Shown here piece after piece: positions 1-11,800 of a DNA stretch of 44,176 nucleotides. Source of the DNA: Candidatus Iainarchaeum sp. (GTDB lineage: Archaea; Iainarchaeota; Iainarchaeia; Iainarchaeales; JAZDFD01). Below the pieces are notes generated by a model. The model did no database searches, was not told the DNA's origin, and worked only from the letters and a program-made list of their open reading frames with translations. Both the position numbers and the translations under genes were made by a program. Position 1 is the first letter of the stretch. Every line of letters starts with the position of its first letter. The stretch is taken from the NCBI GenBank assembly GCA_043808155.1, contig JAZDFD010000006.1:1-44176 (forward strand), in the 5' to 3' direction.

Positions 1-1
1 T

Positions 2-3000
2 ACTTCAGAAGTTTATGATGTTCCGGCAAATGCATCCAGAACAATTCACGCTATTTTAGAACCAGAAATTATTTCAGGAGATGTTGAAATTGAATTTTTG
101 GGTTTGTATACTGATTCAGGAGAAATTGCAGCAGTTCTTGCGTCCAGTTCAGAATATATTGCAAAATTCAAACTCCGGGTTCCAAAAAATTCAGATTATG
201 ACACGATTGGTGCACACATAAGAAGCGGAACTCATTCAATGATGGAACTTGATAAATTCTTTATTAAGAAAGTTAATGCATCTGGAGATTCATTTGTAAT
301 ACAGAGTACCTCATACAATCCTCCTGCAGGATATGATTTAGATAATCAGCACATTACTTCAGGAGATGCAAAATGGGCAAGCATCCAGTGGGATTCATTC
401 AACACAGGAATTACTGAATTCAGTGTGAGACTTGAAGTTAAAGAAAATGCATCTGAAGGAGATGACATCAAACTTTATTACAGAGGATATGGTGTAACAA
501 GCGATGATAAATTTAAGAGAGATCCTTATGATTCAGAACTTCAGGAGCGTGAAAATATTCCCGGAAAGAAACACGCGCTCTACGCAAACACATATGAAGA
601 CATAAAACAAGTAGGGGAAGAAACATTATGCACTGAAAAGTTCTGTTATAGTGCGAACATACTTGATAAAGATAATGACATTGTTTCAACAGTTGAGGAT
701 TCTTATTCAACAAAAATTTTCAATGATTATGTTTTGAGATTTACAATTCTGAATAACAGTTTGTTTGAAACAGACACATACCCCAATGCACAGATACGTG
801 TGATAAATTCTGAAGAAGCAATAAAACTTACAAAATACACATTTTATGATGTGGGAAGTCAGCCACATTCAGGAAGCGTTAATTCAAGCGAAACTGAATG
901 GGTTAATTTAGGAGACTTGGAACCAAACAATACAATTTCAGGTGTTGTTAATTTCACACCCATAAAAGTTTTCAGTTCCCCATTGATAATACAGATTAAA
1001 TCACTGCAGAGAATCATTTATGAGAAATCAATTAACATAAACACTGTTGCAACAAATGAATTTGAGATTACAACAGAACCTGAATTGTTACCGAGCGGAG
1101 TAGACAATGAACTGAAAGTTACTGTTTTCAATAAAGAAGATGGTCTTGAAGTTGAGAATGCAGATGTCAAAATTAAGGACAGATTTTTAACAGAAGTTGC
1201 ACGCGGAAACACTAATGAAATTGGAATCGCACTTATAAATATCACTCCGCAGAAACCAGGCGAGAAACTAAAAATAGTTGTTGATAAACCAAATTATCAG
1301 ACATTAGAACAGGAGATTTCAGTTAATGATGTGGTTATTGAACTCAGTCCTGAAAGTGTTGGGCTTGGTTTGAATGTTAAAACCAAGTTAGAAGATGAAA
1401 CAGATTTCACTATTAAAAATCTTACTGAAATGGATTTAACAATAAAGAAAATTGAGATTGATGGAGATTTCAAAGGATTGTTAGATGATGTGAAAATGCA
1501 GAACTGGCTGTATGTTTATGAAGATGATAAAGTTCTTGCGGAAGATTCTTTTGATGTTATTGTGAAAGGTTTCCTTTCAAACTTAGGTACAAGAATAACA
1601 GAATCTGAGACGCTTAATGCAACAATCAATGTTGAGGTTAGTGCATTTGATGAGGTCTGGGAATTTGAAATCCCATTGACAGTTAGTATTGGTATTGGAG
1701 ACGAAGTAGATGACCCCTCATGCTTTACAATAACTCAAAGGGAGTGGACTACATCTACAGAAGGAAAACCTGTTGAAACTGAATTTGAAATAAAAAACAA
1801 CTGTACAGTAGAACAAACACCTGTTGTTTTGAATAATTTAAGAGCAAAAGTAATGTGGGAAAGTAATAACCTTGGTATGTTTGAACTGAGAACTCCAAAT
1901 TATAACAGGGAGTTACGCGGAGGTTATTCAAGAATTATTGCAGCAGAAATGGGACCTGAAGAAACAATAAATGTTGTACTTACATTCACACCTAATTCAG
2001 GAATTGATGGTGAAGCACGCGCAACCATTGTGTTTGAAGCAGATAATCCAACTGACTCTAAAAAACAAACTGTTTCAGCAGAACTTACTGCAACAATTGC
2101 ATCAGTGAATCTTCTGGAATGTGTTGTGGTTGATCCTAAAGTAATTTATGTTAATCCAGAACAGACAGGAAAATTCACAATTGAAACTTCAGGCTGCGGT
2201 TCAGAAACTGACATTATAATTGATTCTGAATTAGGAGTTAACACTGAGAATTTCACAATTACCGGAGATGACTCAAAAGAAATTGAAGTCTATGCTGAAA
2301 GAAACATTCCAGGACAGTATCCAATTTACATTTATGCAAAAGGTGAAGGCAGTGTTACTGATAAAATAATTGACACAGTTAAAGTTAGAATTGCTTCAAG
2401 CGGGTGTCTTGCTCTGAGCAGGTATGAATTTGATATTTATGATGAGAATCCTGATGATACCTTCAGCGGTTATGACACAGTGAGTATCATAAACAGATGC
2501 TATGATAAGCAGGTTGACATTACAGTTGACACCAAAGACTGGGGCGCTGCAATGGAAGATGGTCTGAAGCTGGGACTTGCAGGTCTTGTTTTAGGCGCAC
2601 TGAAAAATCCAGATTATTTCAAAGATATGTTTGACGGCGGGGGCAATGATGGAACACCACAAAATGAGGGCAATAGGGACACTCAAAATGCAGGAACTAT
2701 AAGTATTGGTAACTGCAGTACTGCACAAGATTGTGCAGATCAATTTGGAAATGGCGACTGTACACAATACGAATGCTATGATGGACATTGCGGTTGTGTA
2801 TCTCCTGAAGAGACTCCTATTTGCAGAAATGGCAAATTAGAAGGAAGTGAAGAATGCGAAGCCAACTACACAGAATCATGCCCAGAAATTAATTCTGATT
2901 ATGTTGGTGGTACCGCTACATGTAATATGCAAGATTGTACATGGAATACTTTAGAATGCATATACCCAAGCGGAGGTAACGGAGATGAAACTCCGCCTGC

Positions 3001-5809
3001 AACACATAACATATGTCAAGCAGGCAGCTGTGTTTCGGTAACAGGTGCTGGAACTGATGGTTGCACAACAAATACAGAGTGCGGAGGAGGAGGGACAGCT
3101 GGAGGAACTGGTGTCAATGCAGATATTCCAGAAACGCCAACGCAAAGTGCAACAGGATTTGTTGTTTTGCAAATCCCAGCAGGTACAGGTGGCCTCGGAG
3201 GAGTTGGCGGAGCAGGAATGGATTTCATGAGTGGTGCAATAAACGGAGTAATGGGCGCACTCAATAGTGACAATCCTTTCACAACTGCAATCACAATGTT
3301 TGTGATTGGAACAATTGCCTCTTACATGCAGATGGAAACTTTGGATTTAACATTTGTGGACCTTGATTTGGTTTATGTTCCGCAAATGACACCGCTTGGC
3401 GGATTAGAATTGTTTATGCCGGGAAATATACTTGGTACAGCAGAAGTTGAAGAAAAGGGAATTAACATAATTGATCTGAATGAATCATACTTTGAGTCCA
3501 ACACAGGACAAACTGCAGCAGGACCTTCAGTGGGTGCAGTATTCACACCATATGCTGCAAATTATACACCGCAAGCAGGAGATGTCACAAATCAGCAAGC
3601 TAGTACAGTTAACATGCTTGGCACAAGTATTGAAATCAAAGATATTGCATTTGATAATGATGGAGTTATACAGACAGACCCATACAAACCAGAATTCAGA
3701 ATTCTTAAAATCACTGGTGACAGATCAGAATATAAAACAGAATACAACAAGAAAATACCTGAAGAGTTAACAGTAACAGATTCAAAAGAACACACTGAAA
3801 AATTCCATTTGCAATTCAACACATTCAAACCAGAAGAAGGGGGAATTGCAGAGAAAACCAGAGCATGCAGATTAGGAAGTAAAGTTGGGGCAACAGGACC
3901 TAACGCAATTCCGAGAATTAACTTTGGATGGAACTTTAATGATATTTCAGCCGATGCATGTGATGATGTTGAATTGGGAACAGGCAATGTTAAGGATGAT
4001 TATATTTACTGTGATGCAACTCAGTTCAGTATTGATGTTCTGAAGAAAATAAATATTCTAAAAACATGGCTTGAAAACAATTCGAGTAACTTAAACTGCC
4101 CAAGTGCTGCAATTGCAGGAACAACAAAAGAACAATACTTAAATGAAAATGAATTAGATGTTGCAATAACAAAACTCGAGATGAGAAGGGATTCAACAAG
4201 CAACAATAATGTGAAGGCATTTGTTACTGTAAAAAGCAATAATACTCCTGCTTCAGATATTCCTGTGTTCGTGAATATATTTGATTCAATGACAGGGGAT
4301 CTTGCAGGTTCATGTAATACAACTGCAAAGAGTGTTGGAAGTGTTACTGCAGAATGTACAATTGAGGATTTGGAAGAAATTGAAAATACATTATATGAAG
4401 CACAGGTTGAAATTGTAACAAATAAGTTGTGCAGTGGCTGTGCAGATAATGATAACACTAACAATTTCATAAGCACAAGCTTTTCATTCTCATCAGAAAC
4501 AGGATTAGAAAAATGTGAACCATACAATACTTCAAGAATTGAAGAATTCATACAAGGAACACGTGCAAAGAATGCAGGTGCGTTAACAGATAAAGAAGTA
4601 GATATCGCTATAAGATCAGTTAAATTCAATGCACACTTAATCAAAGATGGATATACACAGGACTTCAGAGAAGACTTTGATGATTATATGATAATTAAGG
4701 GATTCTTAGCAGCAGATTCATTCTACAGAAGTACTAATAATAGTCCGGGCTTAAGAGAATTCTTTGTTGACCCAGACCATTTCAAATTCAATTATTACGG
4801 CGCACCGCACAATTCAATTGATGCAGGAAAATATTACGTGACAATTAATATTGAATTTGATGGACCAGGCTGGGACTTCTTTGATGAACAGGGAAATCCA
4901 GAAGCAATCATAACTGTCAGCATGCAGGAATTGCACGCACCAGAACCAGAAAGTCCGTTCTATTACTTACCATTTGACGGACTTATTGGAATTGATTCTG
5001 AAAACGGAAGACAGGGCTATGGTGTTAATTACATCCAGGATTCACCTGAAACATTACTGATAACTGACTCAACTAATAAACAGCCAATAATAACTACTAA
5101 TATTGCAAACTCAACACCAGCAACAGGTGCATGGGTTAATGCAAAATACGAAGATGACTTTGAAGAACTGAATAAGAACAACAGAGGTGTTGTGCTGAAC
5201 GTGAGAAAGACTGGTGATGAAACAGATATTGTATTCAGCCCAAGCTTTGCAACAGAAGTTGAGATGACAATTGATGCAAACAAACAGAGGGATGCTTACG
5301 TATTCTACACAATTTACACAGATAATGAAGCCCAAAGCAATATGTCAAATATGCTTGCATGGGACGGTGTTTCCGGCCTTGACGCAGAGAATAATGACTT
5401 CTTAGGCGGTTCAGTGCTTGAAAATTATGACTCAACTTATGATAAACACGGAATTAATGCAGAGTGCACACCCCTGGGAGGAGAAGATTTAACATCATAT
5501 GGATTTGAATGGTGCGATAGAAAGTACTCAGGTTCAATGACACTTGAAACAGTTGTATTTACTTCTCAGAAGAAAAGCAGCAACATGAAAGTAGTTGCTG
5601 CAGCTGATGACGCAAAACTGATAATTAACAATAGTACAGTGATTATTGGAAATTTAACAGGCACTGGAGATGGAAAAACAGCAATAACTTCAGTTGAAAA
5701 AGTATTAGAAATGGTGAAAGAAGATAAACTCTGTGTAATAGGAAGTGACAGCAAAGTTGAAACCCAGTTCTTCTGGAATCCTGAAAAAGTATTTGACATG
5801 ACGGGGTAA
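2..5809 (+). CDS. Giant surface/extracellular protein (5'-truncated by window), tandem Ig-like/carboxypeptidase-regulatory-like beta domains; paralog of 5846..13051
   Basis: Frame is open from base 2 (ORF track starts at an internal TTG at 98). Acidic, beta-rich, Cys pairs. Shares motifs ALYANTYE, YIYCDATQFSI, KDGYxQDFREDF, NGRQGYGVNY and FxWNP with the next ORF. Confidence 0.85.
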   Translation, partial: TSEVYDVPANASRTIHAILEPEIISGDVEIEFLGLYTDSGEIAAVLASSSEYIAKFKLRVPKNSDYDTIGAHIRSGTHSMMELDKFFIKKVNASGDSFVIQSTSYNPPAGYDLDNQHITSGDAKWASIQWDSFNTGITEFSVRLEVKENASEGDDIKLYYRGYGVTSDDKFKRDPYDSELQERENIPGKKHALYANTYEDIKQVGEETLCTEKFCYSANILDKDNDIVSTVEDSYSTKIFNDYVLRFTILNNSLFETDTYPNAQIRVINSEEAIKLTKYTFYDVGSQPHSGSVNSSETEWVNLGDLEPNNTISGVVNFTPIKVFSSPLIIQIKSLQRIIYEKSININTVATNEFEITTEPELLPSGVDNELKVTVFNKEDGLEVENADVKIKDRFLTEVARGNTNEIGIALINITPQKPGEKLKIVVDKPNYQTLEQEISVNDVVIELSPESVGLGLNVKTKLEDETDFTIKNLTEMDLTIKKIEIDGDFKGLLDDVKMQNWLYVYEDDKVLAEDSFDVIVKGFLSNLGTRITESETLNATINVEVSAFDEVWEFEIPLTVSIGIGDEVDDPSCFTITQREWTTSTEGKPVETEFEIKNNCTVEQTPVVLNNLRAKVMWESNNLGMFELRTPNYNRELRGGYSRIIAAEMGPEETINVVLTFTPNSGIDGEARATIVFEADNPTDSKKQTVSAELTATIASVNLLECVVVDPKVIYVNPEQTGKFTIETSGCGSETDIIIDSELGVNTENFTITGDDSKEIEVYAERNIPGQYPIYIYAKGEGSVTDKIIDTVKVRIASSGCLALSRYEFDIYDENPDDTFSGYDTVSIINRCYDKQVDITVDTKDWGAAMEDGLKLGLAGLVLGALKNPDYFKDMFDGGGNDGTPQNEGNRDTQNAGTISIGNCSTAQDCADQFGNGDCTQYECYDGHCGCVSPEETPICRNGKLEGSEECEANYTESCPEINSDYVGGTATCNMQDCTWNTLECIYPSGGNGDETPPATHNICQAGSCVSVTGAGTDGCTTNTECGGGGTAGGTGVNADIPETPTQSATGFVVLQIPAGTGGLGGVGGAGMDFMSGAINGVMGALNSDNPFTTAITMFVIGTIASYMQMETLDLTFVDLDLVYVPQMTPLGGLELFMPGNILGTAEVEEKGINIIDLNESYFESNTGQTAAGPSVGAVFTPYAANYTPQAGDVTNQQASTVNMLGTSIEIKDIAFDNDGVIQTDPYKPEFRILKITGDRSEYKTEYNKKIPEELTVTDSKEHTEKFHLQFNTFKPEEGGIAEKTRACRLGSKVGATGPNAIPRINFGWNFNDISADACDDVELGTGNVKDDYIYCDATQFSIDVLKKINILKTWLENNSSNLNCPSAAIAGTTKEQYLNENELDVAITKLEMRRDSTSNNNVKAFVTVKSNNTPASDIPVFVNIFDSMTGDLAGSCNTTAKSVGSVTAECTIEDLEEIENTLYEAQVEIVTNKLCSGCADNDNTNNFISTSFSFSSETGLEKCEPYNTSRIEEFIQGTRAKNAGALTDKEVDIAIRSVKFNAHLIKDGYTQDFREDFDDYMIIKGFLAADSFYRSTNNSPGLREFFVDPDHFKFNYYGAPHNSIDAGKYYVTINIEFDGPGWDFFDEQGNPEAIITVSMQELHAPEPESPFYYLPFDGLIGIDSENGRQGYGVNYIQDSPETLLITDSTNKQPIITTNIANSTPATGAWVNAKYEDDFEELNKNNRGVVLNVRKTGDETDIVFSPSFATEVEMTIDANKQRDAYVFYTIYTDNEAQSNMSNMLAWDGVSGLDAENNDFLGGSVLENYDSTYDKHGINAECTPLGGEDLTSYGFEWCDRKYSGSMTLETVVFTSQKKSSNMKVVAAADDAKLIINNSTVIIGNLTGTGDGKTAITSVEKVLEMVKEDKLCVIGSDSKVETQFFWNPEKVFDMTG

Positions 5810-5845
5810 TCAAAATCTGCACAATAACAGTAAATTAGTGATGCT

Positions 5846-8800
5846 ATGGGAATAGGACAGAACATAAAAGATTTGTATTTCTCACTAGAAGAGAAGTATT
5901 ACGGTGTTTTAGATAAGATTGACACAAAAATTCCGATTTATAAAGTCATAAATCCAATTGACAAAGTTTTCCCTTCATTTGTTCTTGTTATTATTCTTTT
6001 TTTAGCATTGATTCTGGGGATCATATTAATGATGATTCCGCCAATGGGAGTGCAGCAATTCACTGATGTTACTTTCAGGATTGAAAACAATTCAGGAAAC
6101 AGACTAAGCGGATTGGAAGTTTATTACAATTATGGAATAGAAGGAACCACTGTAACAACAAACAATGAAGGTGAATTTACAATAGTTCAAATTCCGCTAG
6201 ATTCAATTCTTGAAATTAATATTGTAGCTGGTGTTGTGAATGGGAAAGAATACAACGGAGTTGAGAAAAGTTATACTGTTGATGAATATTTCTCAGGAGA
6301 TACAATAATTCTTTTAGAAAAAAGCACTGGTCCGACAAAAGTTGATATTTACATTACTGACATGTCAGGTAATAGGATAATTGGAAAAAACATTGAAGTT
6401 CTGCTTTCATGTGAAAATAGTTATGTTGTACCTGTACCAAGTATTGTAAGAGACACCGACAATGACGGGAAAATTAGTGTGGATGTTCCACAGAACTGCG
6501 GAACAATGCGGGCAACAATTTCTGCAACAGGTTATATTACTGAAATGTTCGTGCTTTTATCAGCGAGCAGAACAGTTAAATTGAGTGCAAAGGAACCATC
6601 AAAAGGTTCTTTGAAAGTGCGTGTAAGAGATGACTCAGGAATTTTAGTAGAGGATGCTGATTTTGTAATTACATTATATGATTCAGCAGACATTTATGTT
6701 AATTCAAAACACACTCTGGATTACGGAGAAGTTACATTCACTGAGTTGATGCCGGGAACTTATTCTGTTATAGGATATGATACTGACTCACGGTATTCAA
6801 CAGATTCGGAAGACGATATTTACATTGGTTCAGGAAGCACGGAAGAAGTTACATTAGTTGTAACTGGAGGGCCAAGTGGCGGATTTATTGGACCTGATGG
6901 TAAATGGCACGAATCAATTGGAATATTAGAAGTTGAAGTTATTGATAATTTAAATGGAGAAAGAATCAAAAACGCAAATGTTGAACTTAGACTAACTGAA
7001 ACAGATGTACTTATTGAGGAAAGAAATACAGGTGATGACGGAGAAATTGTTAAGTTCCCAATTACAGAGGATTTAGGATTTACATTAGTTGCTTCACATG
7101 AAAATTATCATTATGAGATTGTTGAGGTTAGTGATTTAAATAAACTAGTAGTCATTGAGCTTGAGAAAATCACTCCTGAAAATTCAGGAATTGTGAAAAT
7201 ACATGTGATTGACGAAGATGATATCGCTGTTGAAAATGCAAAAGTAGTTCTGAGATTTTTAGACAATGGCACGTTAGCACCATACAATTACAAAGTAACT
7301 GACAACAACGGATTTGTTGAATTTAAAGGTGTTAAACCAGGTTCATACTATGCTTATGCAACCAAATATCATTCATACGGAGACAATATTGAAGACGGCA
7401 AAGAAATTGATGTAAAAGAAATTACGGAATTCACTGTGCGTATTGAAATCGGAGATACTGATTTTTCAATTACTGCACATGATGAAGACTTTGAATTAGT
7501 AGAGGATACTGAAGCAGAATTCTTTACAGTATTCGGGGAAAGTCTGGGCGTGATTCCATTAAGTGACGGAACAGGAACTCACAAACTGAAATCAGACAAG
7601 GAAGTTTATGTTGTTATAAGTCACGATGATTACATTGATGTGCAGACTCTGACGTATGACTTGTGGCCTGATACAGTAATTGATATTGATGCAACATTAA
7701 AACCCACGTATTACGGAAATCCAAAAATTAAATTATTGGGGGTTTTCTTTGATGACTTTGCAGTTGAAATGCTGGAAGCAGGTCAGATTTATGAGGTTGT
7801 ATTTGAAGTTACGATTCCTGAAAATGCAGATTATGATGAATTTGGAATTCATTTAAGAGCAGGGGATGATGAACCATTTGAAAACACACCAGTAGTGATA
7901 AAACGTGCAAATACCCCAAATGCAGTTATAATCAAGGGAACAAAATATACTCCCCCAAACGGTTATGCAATTGACCATGCACCTGAAAATATGGTTGATG
8001 AAAAAGATGATGGAAAATGGATTAATATCATTAATGAAAATCCAAAAAGCAGAGTTTACACTTATTCAGTAAAAATTAAAGTAAAACCTGAAATTCAGGA
8101 ATATACAGATATGGTTTTGCATTACAGGGCATGGTTTAAGGATGGCGACAGATACATCAGAGACCCGACTGATGATGTTTTGGGAGAGAATGCAAATGTT
8201 AAAGAGAAACAGGCATTATACGCAAACACATATGAGAAACTTTATTCTGAAGGAAGACCTCCGCTTTGTGAGCAGGAATTCTGTTATGGGAATGAAGAAG
8301 TTTTGGATTTGGAAACAGATGAGCTCTATCTCATAGAACCATATCTCTTGAAGATTTATGCGGAATATGAATTAGGATTTGATTTGACAAATGATTCTGA
8401 TACGGTTTATGAAAATGCAGAACTTTACATTTTAGCAATGGAAGATGGAATTGGAAGTGATGTTCTTGAAATTAAAGGATATGAATTTACAAATGCAGAC
8501 ACAATGAAATTCTCAGAATCAGGAATTGCTTTGAACAGCATTGAAAAACTTCCTTTGGGGGAGTTTATAAAAGGAAAAACAGTTTCAATGAAAAGTCTGG
8601 TGTTTGAACCTAAATCCCTGGGAAGTTCTGAATTTGAAGTGAGAATTATTTCCGGAGGAAAAATAATCTATTCACACCTGATAAAATTTTCAGTTGTTAG
8701 TAATCAAACAATGATAATTAGATTAGAACCTGAAGTTATTCCTGCATACATACCAAATCAGTTCATAATTACAGTAACTGCAGAGGAAAATGAACTTCCA

Positions 8801-11800
8801 ATCGAAGGTGCATACATTACACTTACTAAAACAAATCCTAATCACGTAGATGGAGATTCATTTGAAGCAGAAACAAATGAACGGGGAATTGCAGTTATAC
8901 TTGATCAGGAGTTATCTGACCCCGGAACTAAAATAAAGGTTGAAGCTCAGAAATTGGGATATTGGGCAGAACCAGTTACAGCAGAAATAAGTGAAGACAT
9001 TATTTCAATTGAACCAGAAGAAGTTTCAGCATCTGTTACGCCTGATGATGGTCCGACATATGTTGATTTTTCATTTGAGAATAAAGTCGGCATTGATTTG
9101 AAATTTTCAGAACTTTCACTTACAGGAAATGATGAATTTGGTTATTTCTTAGAGTTAGAAGGAATGAAATATTATCTGGAAAAGTGGACTGTTAATGATT
9201 TCATTACTGCAATGGAAACTGATACATTTGATTCTTTCCTGAAAATACAGTTCAGAGACAGCAGTCTGAATGACCTGAAGAAAACTGAAAATGCGAAAGG
9301 CATACTAACAATTACTTTTACAAAGAAGGGAGTAGGAGGACCATGGACTTTTGAGGTTCCAGTAAATGTTACTATTTCACCTGCGGGAATGCCTGATAAT
9401 GAGGGCTGTCTGCAGATTGTCGGTCCTAAAACATGGGATACATTTACTGAAGGCAGCGAAGCTAAAATGGACTTCGAAATAGAAAATCATTGCATAAGAA
9501 ACACAAAAGATATTGAGCTGGATAATATTCAGGCAATGGTTAAATGGAAAGGTTCACGCATGGGTTACGTTGAACTTACTATTGAGGGAAATTCAAATGT
9601 TTTAGTAGATAATACATGGACAAGAGCTTACGGAACTATTGAAGGTGGAGACTCACTCAATGCCTTATTGAGATTCATACCAAATGAGGGCTTTGAGGGT
9701 GAAACTGCACAATTTACTGTTTTCATTGACAGTGCTTTTGGAATGGGTGCATCTGATGAAAAAGAAATGATAAACAATAAAGCAGAATTTATTGAATCAA
9801 CTGTGACAATTGCGAATTTGGAGACATGCATTAAATATCTGGATAAGAGCGAGCAAGAATTTACAAAATTGGTTATTGCAAAGGATGATTCTGATGGGGC
9901 AGTTGAATTTAAAATTAATATTGAGGAATGCGGAGCAACAGATGTAAAATTTATTCTTTGCAAAGGAGATTCACATTGTAACGGCGGGGCAGAAGGGGGA
10001 ATTGAATTAACTCCGAATGAAAATCAGATGTTTACAGTAACTTCAGACTATCCAAACAGTGAATACATAACAGTTGAAAGAGAAAGCATTCCTGGAATGT
10101 ATGGTATTCCAGTTTATGCAACAACTCCGGGTGGAACAACAAGAAAAGTTGCATTAATTGATGTTGAAGTCGAACCTGAAACAGGAGAATATTTCAGATT
10201 AGATAAATATGAATTAAATTTAAGTGAGAAGGGAGATTATGAAGCTGTTGATTTGGTTAATGAAATGTATATTGAAAACGTAACTGTCCACGCAAACTAC
10301 TGCAGCTGGAAAGAAGCCGCAAATAACGATAAAACAATGGACTGGATTTTGAAGGGTGCGTCTATTGGCGCAGTATTTGGTAGTTCTGCAGCAATAATAA
10401 CTGCAATGGGTATTGGTGCATGGGCAGGTCCAGTCGGGATTCTCCTCGGTGGACTAATAGGCTTGCTTTTTTCATTGTTCGGATGCCACGGATGTGAATG
10501 CAAATACAAGCAAGGCACACTAAATGATTATGTGATAAATTTATCAGGTGGGGATAATGAAATTGCTAAATTTTTAGACAGTGATCTAATAGATGATTTT
10601 AACATAAGTTGGTCTACAGGAAATCCAAAATACGGATCCGAACCAGAACATGCAAGTGAAACTGTTGCTTTGGTAATTGAAAAAACATCAGATTATGAAG
10701 ATGTTAAGCCAACTTATACAACAATGCAGGTTAGTGCAAAAGAACACATACACAAAGATGAAACACATGCAATTGAAAATCCAGAAGAAGGAAGCGCGGA
10801 TGTTTACTGTCGTAATGGTAACTTTGGAGCTTTGAATATTGGCGAAAGTGCAGAGGAAGGTTCTTGTGATGATATAAGCGAAAAAACGCATACACAAAAA
10901 TTCCATATGAAAATTAATACAAGTCAATATGAAGAAATAGTTGCGCCACCTACAAATGCGCAGAAATGTTCACAGGGAACACTGAAGGGTTATACTGGTG
11001 CAAATGCATTACCAAAAACAGAATTGAATTGGAGCTGGAATCTTAATGCAGATGCATGTGATTACAAAGAAGCAGGTAATGAAAATTACATTTACTGTGA
11101 TGCAACTCAGTTTAGTATTGCATTTACAAAGAAAATGATGCAGTTAGAAGAGTTCTTAGCACACAATGGGCAATTCAGCTGCCCCCAAAACTGGATGATG
11201 ATAGGCCTACAAAACTCACTTGGAGATGAAAATGATAAGACACGTAGAAGATCTGTAACAAAAGACAAAATAGGTCTTGAAGAAATAACTGAAACAATAA
11301 ACGGAAACACTGTTGATTTTATAATTAAAGTAACAAATAAAACATCTGCTCAGCAGACTGCAACTGTTACACTGACAGTAAATGATCAAGGCGGGGGCGA
11401 TAAATTCAGTAGAACATGTGAAAAGGGAATCACTCTTGAAAAAGGTAAAAGCGGAGAAGTTTATTGTAACATTCCAAATGTCCCAGAAACAGAAAAAATG
11501 TATATTGCATATGCAAATATTGATTCTGAAACAACAGATAATGTTGAAAATACAGAAGAGGGACATTTATTAGGAATTTCATTTATAATATGGCCTGAAC
11601 AGAACGAATGCTTTGTTGCAAAAACAACAATTCCATTTGACGGAACTCCGACAATTGAATATTTCATAAATAAAAATAATCCAAAATACGGACAGTACGT
11701 AATTCAGGAAAGTGTGCAATGGAGAGATTTCAGTGTTGAGGGTTCGCAATGGGAGACTGTTCAGACAAATAGTCAAGGAACGGAAGATATTCAAGGAATG